Positions 49,080 through 52,615 of a DNA stretch of 52,615 nt are shown one piece after another. Position numbers and translations under genes: made by a program. The DNA comes from an uncultured Candidatus Kuenenia sp. (GTDB lineage Bacteria > Planctomycetota > Planctomycetia > Pirellulales > UBA1268). Each line of letters begins with the position of its first letter. The first letter of the stretch is position 1. Under the pieces are notes generated by a model. The model was not told the origin of the DNA and searched no databases. It worked only from the letters and a program-made list of their open reading frames with translations. Where the stretch lies: contig CAZDTC010000001.1 of NCBI GenBank assembly GCA_964508125.1, positions 1-52,615 of the forward strand, read 5' to 3'.

Positions 49080-49887
49080 CAGTCGTCGGTCGCTGCCTTC
49101 GCAGCAGTGCGATTGATCTCCGCTTGCCGTCGCTTCTGACGGCAGGCGCGGTCTCGTGGAGCGTTTCCACGTGACCTTCTTTTTCGTGCCGCCGGCCGCT
49201 CTGGTCGTCGGCATTTCCCTTGCCTCCCGGCCATCCGGGAATGGAGTGCGCAGATGCTCTATATCGAAAACGATCGTGACCTTATCGCTGCCGTGTCTCG
49301 AGCCCTCGGTGAATCCCGGAGCCTGGTCCGCAACCGCGGCTTCCAGTTGATCGAGATCGTGGTCTTCAACGGCGACGAGTCGGCCCCCGACGGCGGCGAT
49401 TCCTCGCTGAGGAATGACTCCGGCGACAACGACGCCGTGGATTTGGCCGCGGTCGCCGGCCTGGATTGGGACTCACACGACGACTCACGACTGCATCGCC
49501 GCTGCCGGCGGCGCCGGCGGGTCGCCTGATCCGCCACATCAGCAGGCCGTTCCTGACCGGTGGCGTGCCGACTGGGGCCAATGCGGCTCCCGGGCACGCC
49601 ACCGGTTTTTCCTCTTCTTCACCCCCCGAAACCCCATGACCTCACCACACGAAAGCCACAGCGCGCCTGGCGACGACGACCAGAACAGCCCGCGAGACCG
49701 CATCGACGCCGACCCGCCGTACGGATCGACGTTCCCCGAGAAAGTGGCTCGTTTTCGTGATCTTCTCGCGGCACTGATCGCCCGCCAGATCCTGGCCGAA
49801 CGCCAGGCCCCAAAAGATTTTGACAACAAAACGGATTCGTGACCGCTCGCCCGGCGGGCAGATCGCGGGCCTGCCGGGCCAATCCAC

Positions 49888-49942
49888 TTCCTGCGCACGT
49901 ATGTGTCCAGAAGAGTTCCTGCGCACACATGTGCCCAGAAGA
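49888..49942. repeat. Two tandem imperfect 27-nt direct repeats (period 28)
   Basis: TTCCTGCGCACGTATGTGTCCAGAAGA (49888-49914) and TTCCTGCGCACACATGTGCCCAGAAGA (49916-49942) differ at 3 positions. The second copy contains the palindrome CACATGTG. The repeats lie ~100 nt upstream of the 50039/recombinase operon. Confidence 0.8.
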
Positions 49943-50038
49943 TTTCGCCGGATTTGCTTGCCTCGACGCACCCCACTTTGGAAAATGGAGGATCGGCCGC
50001 AAGCCATACGGACAGCCACGAGTCTCAAGGAACGGGAC

Positions 50039-50530
50039 ATGCCACGACAGCCGCCCCCTGCCATCTCTGCCGCCGACCTCGACTTCAAGGCGGCAATCGA
50101 AGCCGATGCCGCGGTCCAACTCAAGCGGCTCGGGTTCGACGACAAGTTCGGCCGCAAGCGGCTGCACCAACTCGTGCACGAAGCCTACGTGCTCGAACTC
50201 ATGACCATCGCCCAGATGGCCCGCTGGTACGAGATCGGGCTCGTCACGCCGCAGGAACTCAACGTCGTGCATCCCACGACGCTGATGATCGACCTGCGGA
50301 GGCGGATCGCCACCTCGCCCAACGAGCACATCCGCTCGCCGGGAATGGACTACACGCTGGGGCGGATGATCACGTGGTGGCAGCGGCACACGGTCACGTC
50401 GGCATGGCGGAGCCTGAAGGCCCACGTCCGCGTCACCGACACTTCCACAGACCTTGCCGATGCGCTCGCGGACTTCCTCTGGAATGTCCGTGGCGTTCTC
50501 GGCACACCCGCCGACGGAGACCAGCGATGA
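50039..50530 (+). CDS. Hypothetical protein translationally coupled to the serine recombinase (possible accessory/directionality factor)
   Basis: The ATG at 50039 has 'aagga' upstream. The stop overlaps the recombinase ATG (ATGA at 50527-50530). No motif was recognised. Confidence 0.45.
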   Translation: MPRQPPPAISAADLDFKAAIEADAAVQLKRLGFDDKFGRKRLHQLVHEAYVLELMTIAQMARWYEIGLVTPQELNVVHPTTLMIDLRRRIATSPNEHIRSPGMDYTLGRMITWWQRHTVTSAWRSLKAHVRVTDTSTDLADALADFLWNVRGVLGTPADGDQR

Positions 50531-52596
50531 AGAGCCGACCGAAGAACCGCGGGCTTGTCTACGAACGCCGCAGCGACGATGGCCAAGAAGCTTCCATGAA
50601 GCAGCAATTCGACTGGGCAAAGGCCGCCTCGGAGATCGTAGGCGTGCCGTTTCGTGGCACCTTTGCCGACATCGAAGAGATGCAGCAGAAAAGGCTGCAC
50701 AACCTACGAGACATCTACATCGATGATGCCATCAGCGGCGGCGACCTGACTCGGCCAGGATTGCGCAAGTTTCTCGACGACGCCATCAGGGACAAGACGG
50801 TATCGCACGTATACGTCTTCAAGCGCGACCGACTTGGCCGCCCTCAGAACTTGTTGGAGATGATGCAAATCGAGCGGGAACTTATCTCGCACGGCGTCAC
50901 GCTTGTCACTCACGACAAGATCTACACGCCCGAAGACGTCAAGCAGAACGAAATGATGTACCTCTTCGGGAGCATGGTCGAGTACCAGGAGCACGGGAGA
51001 TTTTCGCCACGGCTCGGCGACCGTATCGTCTTCGTCCAGCTGGCCATGGCGGCCCGCGGGCTGAGCACTGGGGGCCGGGCTCCCTACGGATACGGCCGGG
51101 CGCTCGTCGGTCCGGACGACACCTTCGTGCAATGGCTCGAGGACGGCGAGACCATCCGTCGCGCCGGCCATCACGTTCGCTTTCTCCCTCGTGACGAGTT
51201 CAAACTCGACGTCTGGTACATGATCCTCGAATGGCGGGCGGGCGGTATGAGCTACAAGAAGATCGCCCTTCGCCTGAACGATATGGGCATCCCGTCGCCC
51301 GACGCCGGCCGCGTCCGCCGCGACCACGGCTCGTCGCACCGGGTCACCGGAAAGTGGCACCAAAACACGGTCCGTGACCTGTGCACGAACCCGATCATTG
51401 CGGGCATCAAGGAGTACGGCAGGCGGTCCGAGGGCCGGTACCGTCGCGTGGGCGTCGGCGGTCCGCGGGAGCTCGAAGACCACGACCTCCGTCCAGACGG
51501 CCAGCCGAAGCTGCTCGAGAATCCGACGGAGGTGCGGGTGCGGGCGGCCAGCGGCGGCGAGGCCAAGTTCGATCCGGAACGGTGGCAGGCCCTGCAGCCG
51601 AAAAAGACGTCAATCGACGAGGTCCGCAGGAAGAATGGTCAGAAGGCGAACAATCCTGAGCGCTACCCGCTCTCGACGCGGGTCATCGATCTGACTGATG
51701 GCTGCGGAAGCGTCATGCACGGTATCCCAGCCGCGGACAAACTGAAATACACCTGCGGCCGCTACGCCAACAGCGGATGCACAGAGTGTAACCACAACTG
51801 GGTCGAGGCCACGGCCGTCACGACCATGCTCATCGACGCGCTCGTCGAGCTCGTCAACAAGGCCGGTGGCCGCGAGGCTATCCGCGATCGGCTCCTCGCG
51901 AAGGCCCGCGCGGAGGCTGACCACGACGCCAAGCCCGACGAGCCCGCGACCCTCGTGCAGCTGCGGCGACGGCTGGCCGAACTCGAGGACAACATAGGCA
52001 CCGCGGAGCGGCGGATGGCCACCGAAAAGAACGAGGCCCGCTACGAAGCCATCGCCAAGACGTTCGACGGCCTCGTGGCGGAAAAAGCCGCGGTCGCGCG
52101 GGAGGTGGCGGAATTGGCCACGCCCAAGGCCGTCACCAAGACCAGCCTGAGCCCGGAGGAACAGGTCGACGCGCTCATGGCCACGATCGATGACCTGGCG
52201 GCGCTCGCAAAGGACGAAAATGCCAACCAGAAGATCCGCGACCTGGTCCTCCGGCTGGGCATCTTCGTCGGCCTCGAGTTCGAGGAGGCCCGATGGGGCA
52301 AGCGGCCCGTCCGCCGGCTCCGCCGCGGCGTCATCGCCTTCGGCGAGGACAACCTGCCCGTGCCGATCCACGGGCGAAGCCGGGCCGACTGCCCGGCCCC
52401 AGACGCCGCCGGCGACGGCGGCGGCAACCACACCCACTCAGCCCCGGCGTGTTGCCGGGCACCGTCGGCTGAACCCGGTTCCTCCGCAGGCGAGGGAACC
52501 GGAAACGACCGCACGGATGAGTCCAACTCCGGGTTGGAGCAGACTCATCAAGGAACAAACGTCGGGGCGACAGGACTTGAACCTGCGACCTCTTGA
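50527..52596 (+). CDS. Large serine recombinase (complete)
   Basis: Resolvase catalytic domain 'GLVYERRSDDGQ...YIDDAISGGDLTRPGLRKFLDD...HVYVFKRDRLGR' (Ser in 'RRSDD'), recombinase domain 'APYGYGR', zinc ribbon 'CGSVMHG...YTCGRYANSGCTECNHN' and coiled coil 'LVQLRRRLAELEDNIGTAERRM'. The low-complexity tail runs into the tRNA gene. The ORF-track start at 49903 is an artefactual extension. Confidence 0.9.
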   Translation: MKSRPKNRGLVYERRSDDGQEASMKQQFDWAKAASEIVGVPFRGTFADIEEMQQKRLHNLRDIYIDDAISGGDLTRPGLRKFLDDAIRDKTVSHVYVFKRDRLGRPQNLLEMMQIERELISHGVTLVTHDKIYTPEDVKQNEMMYLFGSMVEYQEHGRFSPRLGDRIVFVQLAMAARGLSTGGRAPYGYGRALVGPDDTFVQWLEDGETIRRAGHHVRFLPRDEFKLDVWYMILEWRAGGMSYKKIALRLNDMGIPSPDAGRVRRDHGSSHRVTGKWHQNTVRDLCTNPIIAGIKEYGRRSEGRYRRVGVGGPRELEDHDLRPDGQPKLLENPTEVRVRAASGGEAKFDPERWQALQPKKTSIDEVRRKNGQKANNPERYPLSTRVIDLTDGCGSVMHGIPAADKLKYTCGRYANSGCTECNHNWVEATAVTTMLIDALVELVNKAGGREAIRDRLLAKARAEADHDAKPDEPATLVQLRRRLAELEDNIGTAERRMATEKNEARYEAIAKTFDGLVAEKAAVAREVAELATPKAVTKTSLSPEEQVDALMATIDDLAALAKDENANQKIRDLVLRLGIFVGLEFEEARWGKRPVRRLRRGVIAFGEDNLPVPIHGRSRADCPAPDAAGDGGGNHTHSAPACCRAPSAEPGSSAGEGTGNDRTDESNSGLEQTHQGTNVGATGLEPATS

Positions 52597-52615
52597 CCCC
52601 CAGTCAAGCGCGCTA
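52562..52615 (-). tRNA. tRNA-Pro (anticodon GGG), 3' two-thirds; 5' part lies beyond the window
   Basis: The reverse complement reads TAGCGCG-CTTGA-CTGGGGG-TCAAG-AGGTC-GCAGG-TTCAAGT-CCTGT-CGCCCCG-A. This gives an anticodon stem/loop with GGG at positions 34-36 and G37, a 5-nt variable loop, a T-arm with TTCAAGT and the acceptor strand CGCCCCG typical of bacterial tRNA-Pro. CCA is not encoded. Confidence 0.85.

Noticed and set aside
49254-49842. Two small ORFs (49254-49529 and 49636-49842) between the cargo genes and the recombinase module
   Set aside because: They have acidic or low-complexity sequence and no motifs or convincing ribosome-binding sites. They could be real small proteins (excisionase- or regulator-sized), but I cannot support that.
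49903-50526. N-terminal 208-aa extension of the right-hand serine recombinase ORF
   Set aside because: The extension is Arg/Pro/His-rich and overlaps the better-supported 50039-50530 ORF in another frame. The resolvase catalytic domain starts just after the ATG at 50527.

Overview
All calls below come from reading motifs in the ORF translations and the DNA. No searches were run, so family names are hypotheses until HMM or structure searches confirm them.

The window is high-GC bacterial DNA (roughly 60-65% by eye, with two lower-GC patches) and is almost entirely coding. It reads as a ~50-kb integrated defence island.

**Boundaries**
- The left edge carries the C-terminal part of a large serine recombinase, cut by the window.
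- The right edge carries a second, complete large serine recombinase. Its ORF runs into a partial tRNA-Pro(GGG) gene on the opposite strand.

**Contents, left to right**
1. A GIY-YIG nuclease flanked by seven HTH-like repeats.
2. A + strand operon (4.7-13.5 kb) that is the top finding. It encodes:
   - a CARF-RelE fusion;
   - an ECF-type sigma factor;
   - a 338-aa unknown protein;
   - a 1121-aa protein combining a Lon-like Ser/Lys protease motif, a CARF-like Rossmann domain and a C-terminal GGDD palm domain (mCpol/Cas10-like);
   - two membrane proteins.

   A Csx15-like gene sits divergently upstream. There is no CRISPR array and no Cas effector or adaptation gene anywhere in the window. 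This looks like a CRISPR-independent cyclic-nucleotide signalling system with CalpL/CalpT/CalpS-like logic.
3. A - strand operon (25.3-13.6 kb) that resembles a CoCoNuT-like type IV system of unusual composition. It encodes a coiled-coil-fused McrB-like GTPase, a ~1290-aa McrC-N-like protein with no visible nuclease motif, a Upf1-like SF1 helicase and a wHTH/HEPN-like protein.
4. A lower-GC islet with a glycosyltransferase, a P-loop kinase and a radical SAM enzyme.
5. An SNF2-DUF3883 helicase / DUF1156 methyltransferase / DUF499 ATPase module, extended in the same operon by two CsgG-like envelope proteins.
6. A membrane GTPase, an acid-ceramidase-like Ntn hydrolase and a second, diverged copy of the membrane-protein pair from item 2.
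7. Small cargo genes.
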